This document shows positions 1 to 8,207 of a stretch of 32,254 bases of DNA, one piece after another (within the stretch, counting starts at the first letter, position 1; every line of letters begins with the position of its first letter). The notes under the pieces were generated by a model that was given only the letters and a program-made list of their open reading frames with translations, was not told where the DNA came from and made no database searches. Origin of the DNA: Magnetospirillum sp. (lineage in GTDB: Bacteria; Pseudomonadota; Alphaproteobacteria; Rhodospirillales; Magnetospirillaceae); contig JAYTWE010000156.1 in NCBI GenBank assembly GCA_043744055.1, positions 1 through 32,254 on the forward strand. Direction: 5' to 3'. The translations under genes and the position numbers were made by a program.

Positions 1-1
1 C

Positions 2-673
2 CTCATCAATACCCTGCTCGCCAAACAGGGCAAGATGGCCACCAAGAAGCAGTTGGCCCAAGAGGCCATCCGCATCGAGCAAAAGGTGATCGGTGAAAAT
101 GTGGGCTCCCAAGATCAAGTCTGGGCGGCCTATGGCGGCTTGAACCGCATTACCTTCTTGCAAGATGACAGCTTCGACGTGGCCCCACTTATCATCCCGG
201 TCGAACGACGCCGAGAATTGCTGGGATCGTTGATGCTGGTCTTCACCGGCTTCTCACGCTACGCCGATAAAATCGCCGCCAAGCAGATCGCCAATCTGGG
301 CAATCGTGAGGCTCATATTCACAAGATGGTCGCCATGGTGGACGAAGCCGTCTCCATCATGGGGAGCGACGGCAATCAATTGGACGAGCTGGGCCATCTG
401 CTGCATGACAGCTGGTGCTTGAAGCGAGAGCTGGCTGATGCCGTGACCACCCCTGAAATCGACGAAATCTATCAAGCGGCCATGGATGCGGGAGCCATTG
501 GCGGGAAACTGCTGGGAGCCGGTGGCGGCGGCTTCATGCTGTTTTACGTAAAGCCCCATCTGCAAGCCAAGGTCAAAGAACGCCTGAAGTCATTGATCCA
601 TGTGGATTTCGATATGGACAATTCCGGCAGCAAGATCGTGGTCTACGAGCCCAACGGCCTGGCAAATAGTTAA
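2..673 (+). CDS. hddA: GHMP-family sugar kinase, HddA-like (heptose-7-phosphate 1-kinase type); 5'-truncated by the window edge
   Basis: The frame is open from base 2 (LINTLLAKQGKMATKK...). It carries VGSQDQVWAAYGGLN, LHDSWCLKRELA and GAIGGKLLGAGGGGFMLFY, typical of the C-terminal half of HddA/fucokinase-like GHMP kinases. The exact substrate is not provable. Confidence 0.8.
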   Translation, partial: LINTLLAKQGKMATKKQLAQEAIRIEQKVIGENVGSQDQVWAAYGGLNRITFLQDDSFDVAPLIIPVERRRELLGSLMLVFTGFSRYADKIAAKQIANLGNREAHIHKMVAMVDEAVSIMGSDGNQLDELGHLLHDSWCLKRELADAVTTPEIDEIYQAAMDAGAIGGKLLGAGGGGFMLFYVKPHLQAKVKERLKSLIHVDFDMDNSGSKIVVYEPNGLANS

Positions 674-710
674 AAAGATAACGGCGGAACCTTGCGATTC
701 CGCCGTTTTT
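672..710. terminator. Probable bidirectional intrinsic terminator
   Basis: Perfect 10-bp stem AACGGCGGAA (680-689) / TTCCGCCGTT (698-707) with an 8-nt loop, a T-run after it and an A-run before it. It lies between the convergent kinase and DUF992 genes. Confidence 0.8.
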
Positions 711-732
711 CTCGAAGCCATAAGGCGCCTGA

Positions 733-1209
733 TTATTTGGCGCCGTTGATCGCCATATAGCTGATGCCACCGGTGGCGCCGATACCGACCTGAGCACCCA
801 GGCCGAGCGGAACCAGAGAAACATCATTGCCCACACCGGCAAGACCGGCCTGGACGCCCAAGCCAACACCGAAGGTGGCGGAGGCCTTGGCGCCAACGAA
901 GTAGCCTTCCAGGCTGGACTTGTCTTTCCAGGTGCCGCCAATCACCAGATAGCCCATGATGGCCTTCTGTTCGATTTCCAAGTCGATACCCAGAAGAATG
1001 CCGTCGATGCCGGTATACTTCTGGGGACCGCCCACGCCCTGATAGGTGCATTCCACCGGATTACGGGAATGCAGCACATAGGTGGTGCCAGCGCCGGTCT
1101 TGGAACAGGTCAACACACCGAGGACCACGCCGCCTTCGGCCTTCGCCTCACCAGTGAAAGTAAACATCGCGGCCGCAGCGAAAAGAGCCGAAGCAATCCA
1201 CTTCTTCAT
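733..1209 (-). CDS. Secreted DUF992-family protein
   Basis: Sec signal peptide (MKKWIASALFAAAAMF...AKA), GVLTC and VECTY cysteine pair, and Gly-rich C-terminus (LEGYFVGAKASATFGVGLG...SLVPLGLGAQVG) as in DUF992. AGGAGG RBS upstream. Confidence 0.8.
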   Translation of the reverse strand: MKKWIASALFAAAAMFTFTGEAKAEGGVVLGVLTCSKTGAGTTYVLHSRNPVECTYQGVGGPQKYTGIDGILLGIDLEIEQKAIMGYLVIGGTWKDKSSLEGYFVGAKASATFGVGLGVQAGLAGVGNDVSLVPLGLGAQVGIGATGGISYMAINGAK

Positions 1210-1349
1210 ACGTCCCTCCTGTCGAAACCTCTCGCCATCAGCGCCGGAACCACCCGCCCCAGCCTGTAGCCAGACAAGAGTATGGCATAATTAACGCCAA
1301 AGAAAAGACCATCAGAGGATAATTTTCCAGAGTACCCAGACATATTTTT

Positions 1350-1375
1350 TGCTGCACCGCAAACGCTGCGGCGCA
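1350..1375 (-). promoter_or_regulatory. Tandem TGC-N3-GCA boxes, possible PhaR-type operator upstream of the DUF992 gene
   Basis: The minus strand reads TGCGCCGCAGCG-TT-TGCGGTGCAGCA within an AT-rich intergenic region. This resembles the alphaproteobacterial PhaR consensus as I recall it (about TGCRNYGCASMA). Confidence 0.4.
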
Positions 1376-1519
1376 ATAAGGCGCTTTTTTGACAAAAAAC
1401 AGAAGTCCCCAGAGTTCTAATACTTTTATTTCCAAGCATTTTTTCCTGTGGACTGGAACCGGCCTCGTTACGCGACACCGCGCCACCACTGGCCGTAAAC
1501 AACATGCGCCGCACCATCT

Positions 1520-2578
1520 TTAAGGGAGCTTCTCCGCGTCTTCTTTGTTCCACAGAAGCTTGAATGCCAGTGGAGCCAGTATGATGACCAGAACCACCCG
1601 CACCACATGGTGAGTGGATACAAAAGCCACATCCTGCCCCAACGCCAGCGCCACCAGACACATTTCCGCGATGCCTCCCGGCACGAAAGACAGTAACAAG
1701 ACGGGAAATGGCAGATCCGAAACCGCCGCCAAAGCTCCGGCAGCGGCGGCAGAGATCACCAGCATGATGGCCGTCGCCCCTAAAGCGGGACGAGCCATGA
1801 TCGCCACCTCGGACCAGGTGAGCCTTTGAAACCGCGAACCGATGGATGCGCCAGTAACCACCTGGGCGAGAATCACCAGTTCAGCCGGTGGCCGCGAAGC
1901 GGTCAATCCCGCCAGATGAAGCCCGGCACTAACCGCCATGGGGCCGGTCAACATCCAGGCCGGGAACCGAAGCAACCGCGCGAGAAGCGCGCCAAACACC
2001 GCACAACCCGCCAGAACCAGCCCATCCATCAACACCAGATCAGCAAGACTCCCCATACTCTGAGCCATGGGAACCGAATGGACGTGGGCAATCAGGCGAT
2101 AGCCGAAGGGGACGGTAAAGACGATCAGCAAAATACGCAGACTATGGGATAGCGCGATGGTCCGCTCGTCTCCGCCCAGAGCGGCTCCGGTCAGAATCAT
2201 CTCATTGATGCCGCCGGGGGCTCCTGCGAAAAAAGCAGTAACCCGGTCCATCTTCGTCGAGCGTCGCAGATAGGTCACCACCAGGGCGGTCGTGACGGCC
2301 ATGGCGATCAGCAACACCGTCATGGTCCCGGCCCAGCGTCCGACTCGATCCAGCAAGCCGGGAGCAAAGGCGCTGCCCAGCATCAGACCCAGCACAGCGA
2401 TCATGGTGCTTCGCAACGGCATGGGGATCGCCGGATTCCAACCGGACAGCGACGCGATGGTGGTAGCGGTGAGCGCCCCCAACATCCAAGGCAGCGGGAG
2501 GTCGAGAACCGCGAACAGACCGCCGCCCGCCGCGCCAAGGCTTAAGCCCAGCGCCCAGCGGGCAACATTCATCCTCAT
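1520..2578 (-). CDS. abrB: AbrB-family membrane protein (AbrB duplication, 'putative ammonia monooxygenase' family)
   Basis: Highly hydrophobic, with two repeated halves: [10 protein letters not shown] / [10 protein letters not shown] and APGGINEM / VPGGIAEM, plus HSLRILL / HHVVRVV. ATGA overlap with the nadK stop. Confidence 0.88.
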   Translation of the reverse strand: MRMNVARWALGLSLGAAGGGLFAVLDLPLPWMLGALTATTIASLSGWNPAIPMPLRSTMIAVLGLMLGSAFAPGLLDRVGRWAGTMTVLLIAMAVTTALVVTYLRRSTKMDRVTAFFAGAPGGINEMILTGAALGGDERTIALSHSLRILLIVFTVPFGYRLIAHVHSVPMAQSMGSLADLVLMDGLVLAGCAVFGALLARLLRFPAWMLTGPMAVSAGLHLAGLTASRPPAELVILAQVVTGASIGSRFQRLTWSEVAIMARPALGATAIMLVISAAAAGALAAVSDLPFPVLLLSFVPGGIAEMCLVALALGQDVAFVSTHHVVRVVLVIILAPLAFKLLWNKEDAEKLP

Positions 2579-3342
2579 TGCAAGAACTGCTCGGCGATGA
2601 TCCGTTCTTCGAGATTGTGTTCGGGATCGAACAGCAAGGTCAACTCTGACCCACGGTCTTCCACCACCTCCACCTCCACCACGTCACGGACCTCGGTATA
2701 GTCGGCCACGGCGCTAACCGGGCGTTTGTCGGATTCTTGAATCTCGAACAATACCTTGGCGGTATGAGGCAGCAAGGCGCCACGCCAGCGACGGGGCCGG
2801 AAGGGACTGATGGGAGTCAGGGCGGTAATGCCCGCCCCCAGGGGAATGATGGGACCATGGGCCGATAGGTTATAGGCGGTGCTGCCCGCCGGGGTAGACA
2901 GCAAGATGCCGTCGCAGATCAATTCTTCCAGCCGGATCTTGTTGTCGACGCGAATGCGCAGCTTGGCGGCTTGGCGGGTTTCACGCAGCAGCGAAACCTC
3001 GTTCATGGCCAAGGCCTCCACCACCTCGCCCGATCCGGTCCTAGCCCGCATGCGGAGCGGATGCAAGATCACGGTCTGAGCGCGGGACAGCCGCTCGATC
3101 AGTCCGTGCTCGCGGAATGTATTCATCAAAAAGCCCACCGTTCCCCGGTTCATGCCGTAAATGGGGACTCGCCGGGAAATGAAACGGTGGAGCGTCTCCA
3201 GCATGAAGCCATCGCCCCCCAGCGCCACGATCAGATCGGCTTCCTCGGGCGATACGTGAGGGTAACGGTTACTCAGCCGCCCCAATGCGGCATTGGCGGC
3301 TTCGGTCTCGGCGGCGACGAATGCAATGGATGAAAAATTCAT
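2575..3342 (-). CDS. nadK: NAD kinase
   Basis: [19 protein letters not shown] and [21 protein letters not shown] signature motifs. Confidence 0.96.
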   Translation of the reverse strand: MNFSSIAFVAAETEAANAALGRLSNRYPHVSPEEADLIVALGGDGFMLETLHRFISRRVPIYGMNRGTVGFLMNTFREHGLIERLSRAQTVILHPLRMRARTGSGEVVEALAMNEVSLLRETRQAAKLRIRVDNKIRLEELICDGILLSTPAGSTAYNLSAHGPIIPLGAGITALTPISPFRPRRWRGALLPHTAKVLFEIQESDKRPVSAVADYTEVRDVVEVEVVEDRGSELTLLFDPEHNLEERIIAEQFLQ

Positions 3343-3467
3343 GACGGCCTCGGGGCGCTGTGCGGCCCGGAGTATATACCTTGCGGTGAAAGCCTCGCCA
3401 GTGCGCTGCTGAATCCCATGCTTCTGAACATTGTTCCGCCGAAGAGTTTGGCCTAAAACATCGGTTC

Positions 3468-5292
3468 ATGACGTCTCCCCTCCACATTCTCAACACCATC
3501 TTCGGCTTCCCGGCCTTCCGGGGCCTCCAGGCCGAGGTCATCTCCCATGTGGTGGCGGGTGGCGACGCCTTGGTCTTGATGCCGACCGGCGCCGGTAAGT
3601 CGCTGTGCTACCAAGTCCCGGCGCTGTGCCGCGATGGGCTTGCGGTGGTGGTCTCGCCCCTGATCGCCCTGATGCAAAATCAGGTGGAGGCATTGACCCA
3701 GCTGGGCGTCCGCGCCGCCGCCCTTAATTCGGCCCGCAGCTTTGACGAAGCCAATGTCATCGAGCGCAAGATGCGGGCGGGCGAGCTGGATCTGGTCTAT
3801 GTGGCGCCCGAGCGGTTGGTGACGCCCGGCTTCCTCGCCCTGCTCGATACCTGCCAAATCGCGCTGTTCGCCATCGACGAAGCACACTGCGTCTCGCAAT
3901 GGGGCCATGACTTCCGTCCGGAATACCTGCAACTGGCCCTGCTGCACGAGCGGTTTCCCTCCGTGCCCCGCATCGCTCTGACCGCCACCGCCGACGGCCC
4001 CACCCGCAGGGATATCGCCGAGCGCCTGAATCTGGGCGACGGACGTCTTTTCGTCGCCGGATTCGACCGCCCCAATATCCGCTACCGCATCACCGCCAAG
4101 AAGAACACCAAGGAGCAACTGCTCCGCTTTCTTGACGCCGAGCACGGTGGAGCAGATGGCGATTCCGGCATCATCTACTGCCTGTCACGAGCCAAGGTCG
4201 AAGAGACCGCCGCATGGCTGGTGGAGAAGGGCTATACCGCCTTGGCCTATCACGCCGGTCTGGACCAGTCGCTGCGCGCCTCTAACCAGCAGCGATTCTT
4301 GCGCGAAGACGGCGTGGTGATGGTGGCGACCATCGCCTTCGGCATGGATCGACAAACCCGATGTCCGGTTCGTCGCCCATCTCGATCTGCCCAAAAGCCT
4401 GGAATCCTATTACCAGGAAACCGGCCGCGCCGGGCGCGATGGCCTGCCCGCCAATGCCTGGATGGCCTATGGCCTGGAGGATGTCGCCAAACTGAGTCAA
4501 TTCATCGCCAGCAGTCAAGCCTCCGAAACCCAAAAGCGGATCGAGCGGGGCAAGCTCAACGCCCTATTGGGCCTGTGCGAAACCACGCGCTGCCGCCGTC
4601 AAGTGCTGTTGGACTATTTCGGCGATACCGGAGCGCCGCCTTGCGGTAATTGCGACATCTGCCTGGAACCCGTCGCCTCTTTCGACGGGACAGAATTGGC
4701 CCGAAAGGCTTTAAGCTGCGTCTACCGAACCGGCGAGACCTTCGGGGCTGGTCACGTCATCGACGTGCTGCTGGGCAAAGACAATGAGAAGGTCCAGCGA
4801 TTCGGCCATCACAAGCTCACAACCTTCGGCATCGGCACCGAACTTGCCGCCGAGGAATGGCGTTCGGTACTGCGCCAACTGGTGGCGGCGGGATATTTGT
4901 CCATCGACGTGGAAGGGCATGGCGCCTTTCGTCTGACCGAGACCTGCCGCCCCGTGCTGCGCGGTGAAATCCGCGTCGATCTCCGCCGCGATCCTCTCCC
5001 CGTCAAAAGTAAGTCTAAGACGGCCTCGGGCAAAAAAGCGGCCACCCAATGGACCAACCCCGCCGATGAAGCCCTGTTCCAGCTTTTACGGGCCGAACGC
5101 ATGACCTTGGCGAAAGCCCAAGGTGTGCCGCCTTATGTGATCTTGCACGACGCCACCTTGATCGACATCGCCCAAAAACGCCCCAGCCGATCCGAGGATC
5201 TGCTGGGAATCGCTGGGCTCGGTGATATCAAGCGAGACCGCTATGGCGACATCTTACTGGCCGTCGCGGCCTTTGGCAGCGACGGCCAGTAA
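3468..5292 (+). pseudogene. recQ: DNA helicase RecQ, frameshifted at about 4347 (true lesion or sequencing error)
   Basis: Frame 1 has MPTGAGKS, DEAHCVSQWGHDFRPEY and VATIAFGM. After a lone G at 4347 the second frame continues IDKPDVRFVAHLDLPKSLESYYQETGRAGRDG, then the RQC Zn site (CRR...CGNCDIC) and HRDC. Restoring 2 nt gives 608 aa. Confidence 0.9.
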
Positions 5293-5339
5293 GATAGAGC
5301 CAGGACAACGAATCCAGATTTCGAATTGGTTCATTTCAT

Positions 5340-5435
5340 CGTCTTGGCCGGGCTTGTCCCGGCCATCCACGCCCTTCCGTCTGGCAAAATACTGGTGGAA
5401 CGGCGTGGGTACGCGGGACGAGCCCGCGCATGACG
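5340..5435. repeat. Inverted dimer of CGTC-tagged REP-like palindromic repeats
   Basis: 5340-5373 is CGTCTTGGCCGGGCTTGTCCCGGCCATCCACGCC. The reverse complement of 5402-5435 is CGTCATGCGCGGGCTCGTCCCGCGTACCCACGCC. Each 34-mer has an internal hairpin, and the spacer is 28 nt. Confidence 0.85.
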
Positions 5436-5535
5436 GCTATTGGGTGTCGCCTCAGCGCTCAGAATGGCGTGGTCCGTGTCGCTATTAATCTTTCATTCAC
5501 CTGAGTTCGTTGCCCTTAAGATGTCGCCACCTCCA

Positions 5536-5564
5536 TTGACATGAGAACAAATAGAGATCACCAT
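5536..5564 (+). promoter_or_regulatory. Sigma70-type promoter overlapped by a putative alphaproteobacterial LexA (SOS) box
   Basis: TTGACA (5536-5541), 17-nt spacer, CACCAT (5559-5564). GAAC-AAATAGA-GATC (5545-5559) is one mismatch from GAAC-N7-GAAC. Confidence 0.6.
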
Positions 5565-5595
5565 GCGGCAATTGCCGTTCCTGAAGGATCATCCC

Positions 5596-5841
5596 ATGGC
5601 CATGGAAACCGTATTCATTTGCCAGCCATATATCGCGGGCAAGCGGGGCGGGCTGAAGCCCCAACCCCCGATCCTCTGTAAGACCGAGGCTCAGGCATTG
5701 CTCCGCGCCGGTCGCATGATGGATGGCGGCAGCGTGGCGGGCGTGGATGTGGTTTGCCAGACCGCCGACCCCGAAATGGGCGATTTCGACGAGCCGATCT
5801 TTCTGCAACGCCTGGGGTCGGTGCCGAAAACGGATAACTGA
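5596..5841 (+). CDS. Small hypothetical protein (81 aa)
   Basis: AAGGA RBS 7 nt before ATG 5596, with the promoter immediately upstream. Protein-like sequence (MAMETVFICQPY...ADPEMGDFDEPIFLQRLGSVP) fills the gap between recQ and moaA. The track's 5563 start overlaps the predicted -10. Confidence 0.75.
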   Translation: MAMETVFICQPYIAGKRGGLKPQPPILCKTEAQALLRAGRMMDGGSVAGVDVVCQTADPEMGDFDEPIFLQRLGSVPKTDN

Positions 5842-5883
5842 TACCGCCGAGCCTTTGAGCAGACCCTCTGCGGGGCTTAAGCT

Positions 5884-6870
5884 CTACCCCCCCGTGACAC
5901 TCATGTGACGACCGACCGCCGGATGGGCGTTGCGGTCAATGATGAAGTCGTGGCCTTTGGGCTTGCGGCTGATGGCCTCAGTGATGGCCTCTTCCAGCAA
6001 ATGATCCGACTCTCCGGCCCGAAGCGGCGTCCGAAGATCGGCGGCGTCTTCTTGCCCCAAACACATGAACAGTGTGCCGGTACACGTCACCCGGACCCGG
6101 TTGCAAGATTCACAGAAATTGTGAGTCAACGGCGTGATGAAGCCGATCCGCCGCCCGGTCTGTTCCACCCGGACATAAGTGGCTGGCCCACCGGTGCGGT
6201 AGTCGATATCGGTCAGTGTCCAGTTTTGCTCCAGCTTCGCACGGACCTGAGACAACGGCAGATATTGTTCCGTCCGATCAGCATGAATTTCGCCCATGGG
6301 CATGGTCTCGATAAAGGTGAGATCAAAGCCGTGCTCGCCACACCACTCCACCAGATGATCGTGTTCGTCTTCGTTGCCATGCTTCAACGCCACGGTATTG
6401 ATCTTGACCGCGAGACCGGCGGATTTGGCCGCCATGATGCCCTCGATCACCTGATCCAGCTTGCCCCAACGGGTAATCGCTAAGAACCGCTCGGGGTTCA
6501 GGCTGTCGAGCGAGATATTGATGCGCCGGACGCCCGCCTTGGCCAGGCCCTCGGCATATTTGGTCAATTGAGTAGCATTGGTGGTCAGCGTCAGTTCGTC
6601 CAAGTCCCCGGACTTGACCAACTGCCCCAGATTATCCACCAGACTCATGATGTTTCGACGCACCAGCGGCTCGCCGCCGGTCAGGCGGATTTTACGCACG
6701 CCGAAACGGACGAAAGCGCCGCACAGGCGTTCCAGCTCTTCCAGGGACAAAACCTCGGCCTTGGGCAGGAAATGCATATCCTCGCCCATGCAATAGACGC
6801 AGCGCAAATCACAGCGGTCGGTTACCGACACGCGAAGATAGCTGATAGTGCGCCCAAACGGATCGATCAT
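5884..6870 (-). CDS. moaA: GTP 3',8-cyclase MoaA (molybdenum cofactor biosynthesis)
   Basis: Radical SAM motif [16 protein letters not shown], second cluster motif FCESCNRVR...C and C-terminal GG (HMSVTGG). GGAGGA RBS before ATG 6870. Confidence 0.97.
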   Translation of the reverse strand: MIDPFGRTISYLRVSVTDRCDLRCVYCMGEDMHFLPKAEVLSLEELERLCGAFVRFGVRKIRLTGGEPLVRRNIMSLVDNLGQLVKSGDLDELTLTTNATQLTKYAEGLAKAGVRRINISLDSLNPERFLAITRWGKLDQVIEGIMAAKSAGLAVKINTVALKHGNEDEHDHLVEWCGEHGFDLTFIETMPMGEIHADRTEQYLPLSQVRAKLEQNWTLTDIDYRTGGPATYVRVEQTGRRIGFITPLTHNFCESCNRVRVTCTGTLFMCLGQEDAADLRTPLRAGESDHLLEEAITEAISRKPKGHDFIIDRNAHPAVGRHMSVTGG

Positions 6871-6962
6871 CACGAGTCCTCCATACCCCTCGGCGGGGGC
6901 TTATGGTGATGATATATAGGAAGCCCTGTGAGAAACAGGAATGGCTTTAGTCAAGGATTGCT

Positions 6963-8207
6963 ATGACCACCTCAACCCCGTCCGGCCCGGCCCAGCCCGG
7001 CATCCCCCCCATCGGCGCCATCATCTATGCGCCGGGAGAACCGCCGGAACAGCTTCTCGCCCAATTCGCCGCCCAGCTTCAGGCCCGCGGCTTCAAGGTC
7101 GGCGGCTTGATTCAGCACACGGTTCGCGCCCCTGACGGCCGCAAGACCGATATGGTGGTCACCGAGTTGGATACCGGACGAAAGCTGTCCATCGGCCAGG
7201 ATCTGGGAAAGGCGTCCAAAGCCTGTATCTTGGATACCCAGGCCTTAGCGGAAGCATCCGGGGCCATGCGGCGCGCCCTGGACAGCCGGGCGGATGTGGT
7301 CTTTGTCAACAAATTCTCCAAATCGGAATGCGAGGGCCAGGGGCTGGCCTCTGAAATGCTGGCCGCAGTGGCGGCGGGCATTCCTGTCCTGACTGCGGTT
7401 CCCGGCGTTCTGATCGGTCAATGGGTTGCGTTCACCGGCGGCAGGACCGACCTGCTGCCTCCCACCCTGGACGCCCTGTGGCGTTGGTGGGGGGCTCGGC
7501 GGCTTTATGCCGATCTGGCCCAGGGCGTCGCCGAAGACGAGGTCAAGCGGGTGGTGGTCGGCCTGAACTGGACTATGGTGGAAGGCCCCTATGGAATCGG
7601 CCTGGCTCAAACGCCGGAACGCGGAACTCCTGGCTGTCTGGCCGCCCCCAAGGCCGGGTTCCGGGCGGGGGGATCGCTGCGGGAGATGGCGGCGCTGGTG
7701 AAGACCAATAACCCGTTCGACGTGGCTTTGGGCGTCGCCGCCTGTAACGCTCATTACAACCGCTTTGATCTCGACGCCGATTCCGGCAATGGCCTGGACA
7801 GCTTCGGCCGCCCCGAAGGCGAAGCGGTGGTGATCGGCGCCTTTCCCGCCATCGCGGATCGTCTGCCGGGAATCAAGGTCATCGACCGCAAGCCCGGCCC
7901 CGGACAATTCCCCGAAGAGGCTGCGGAAACCCTGCTGCCCGCGGCCGAGACGGTCATCATCACCTCGGCCACCCTGGCCAATCGCTCGCTGCCCCGATTA
8001 CTGGTCCTGGCTCGCGACGCCCGTGTCGCCCTGGTGGGGCCGGGTGTTCCGCTAACCGAACGCCTGTTCTCCTATGGCGTCGAAGTTCTATCGGGATTGA
8101 TCGTCGAAGATCGCGATGCCATCGCCCGCGTTGTGGCGGAGGGCGGCGGCGCCAAAGACTTGAAGCGCCATTGCCGCCCGGCAACCTTGCGCCGGGGCAG
8201 TCGATGA
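6963..8207 (+). CDS. DUF2478 + DUF4213/DUF364 (Rossmann-like, putative metal-chelation) fusion protein
   Basis: Residues ~17-176 resemble DUF2478 (IGQDLG...C.LD, VNKFSKSECEGQGL, GIPVLTAV, FTGG...LPP...WW). The remainder resembles DUF4213/DUF364 (VVVGLNWTMV, ALGVAACNAHYN, IITSATLANRSLPRLL, LVGPGVPL..LFSYGVEVLSG). Confidence 0.75.
   Translation: MTTSTPSGPAQPGIPPIGAIIYAPGEPPEQLLAQFAAQLQARGFKVGGLIQHTVRAPDGRKTDMVVTELDTGRKLSIGQDLGKASKACILDTQALAEASGAMRRALDSRADVVFVNKFSKSECEGQGLASEMLAAVAAGIPVLTAVPGVLIGQWVAFTGGRTDLLPPTLDALWRWWGARRLYADLAQGVAEDEVKRVVVGLNWTMVEGPYGIGLAQTPERGTPGCLAAPKAGFRAGGSLREMAALVKTNNPFDVALGVAACNAHYNRFDLDADSGNGLDSFGRPEGEAVVIGAFPAIADRLPGIKVIDRKPGPGQFPEEAAETLLPAAETVIITSATLANRSLPRLLVLARDARVALVGPGVPLTERLFSYGVEVLSGLIVEDRDAIARVVAEGGGAKDLKRHCRPATLRRGSR

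Noticed and set aside
1206-1661. ORFs spanning the AT-rich intergenic region (1206-1661, 1238-1489)
   Set aside because: They have no recognisable motifs, atypical composition and overlap with the abrB 3' end. The region is better explained as promoter DNA.
3425-3436. GAACATTGTTC palindrome upstream of recQ as an SOS box
   Set aside because: The spacing fits neither the alphaproteobacterial GAAC-N7-GAAC direct repeat nor the Gram-positive GAAC-N4-GTTC (it is N3).
4462-5292. Separate 276-aa RQC/HRDC gene, and the tail of the 3468-4649 ORF
   Set aside because: Both are consequences of the recQ frameshift. RecQ homology in the second frame begins at 4348, upstream of this ATG.
5222-5488. 88-aa ORF after recQ
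   Set aside because: It is largely a translation of the REP dimer (SSWPGLSRPST) and overlaps the recQ end.
6874-6962. Moco riboswitch or ModE/Mop box upstream of moaA
   Set aside because: The region is only about 90 bp, with a lone TATATA half-site-like stretch. I see no convincing palindromic box or multi-stem structure. An Infernal scan would settle it.
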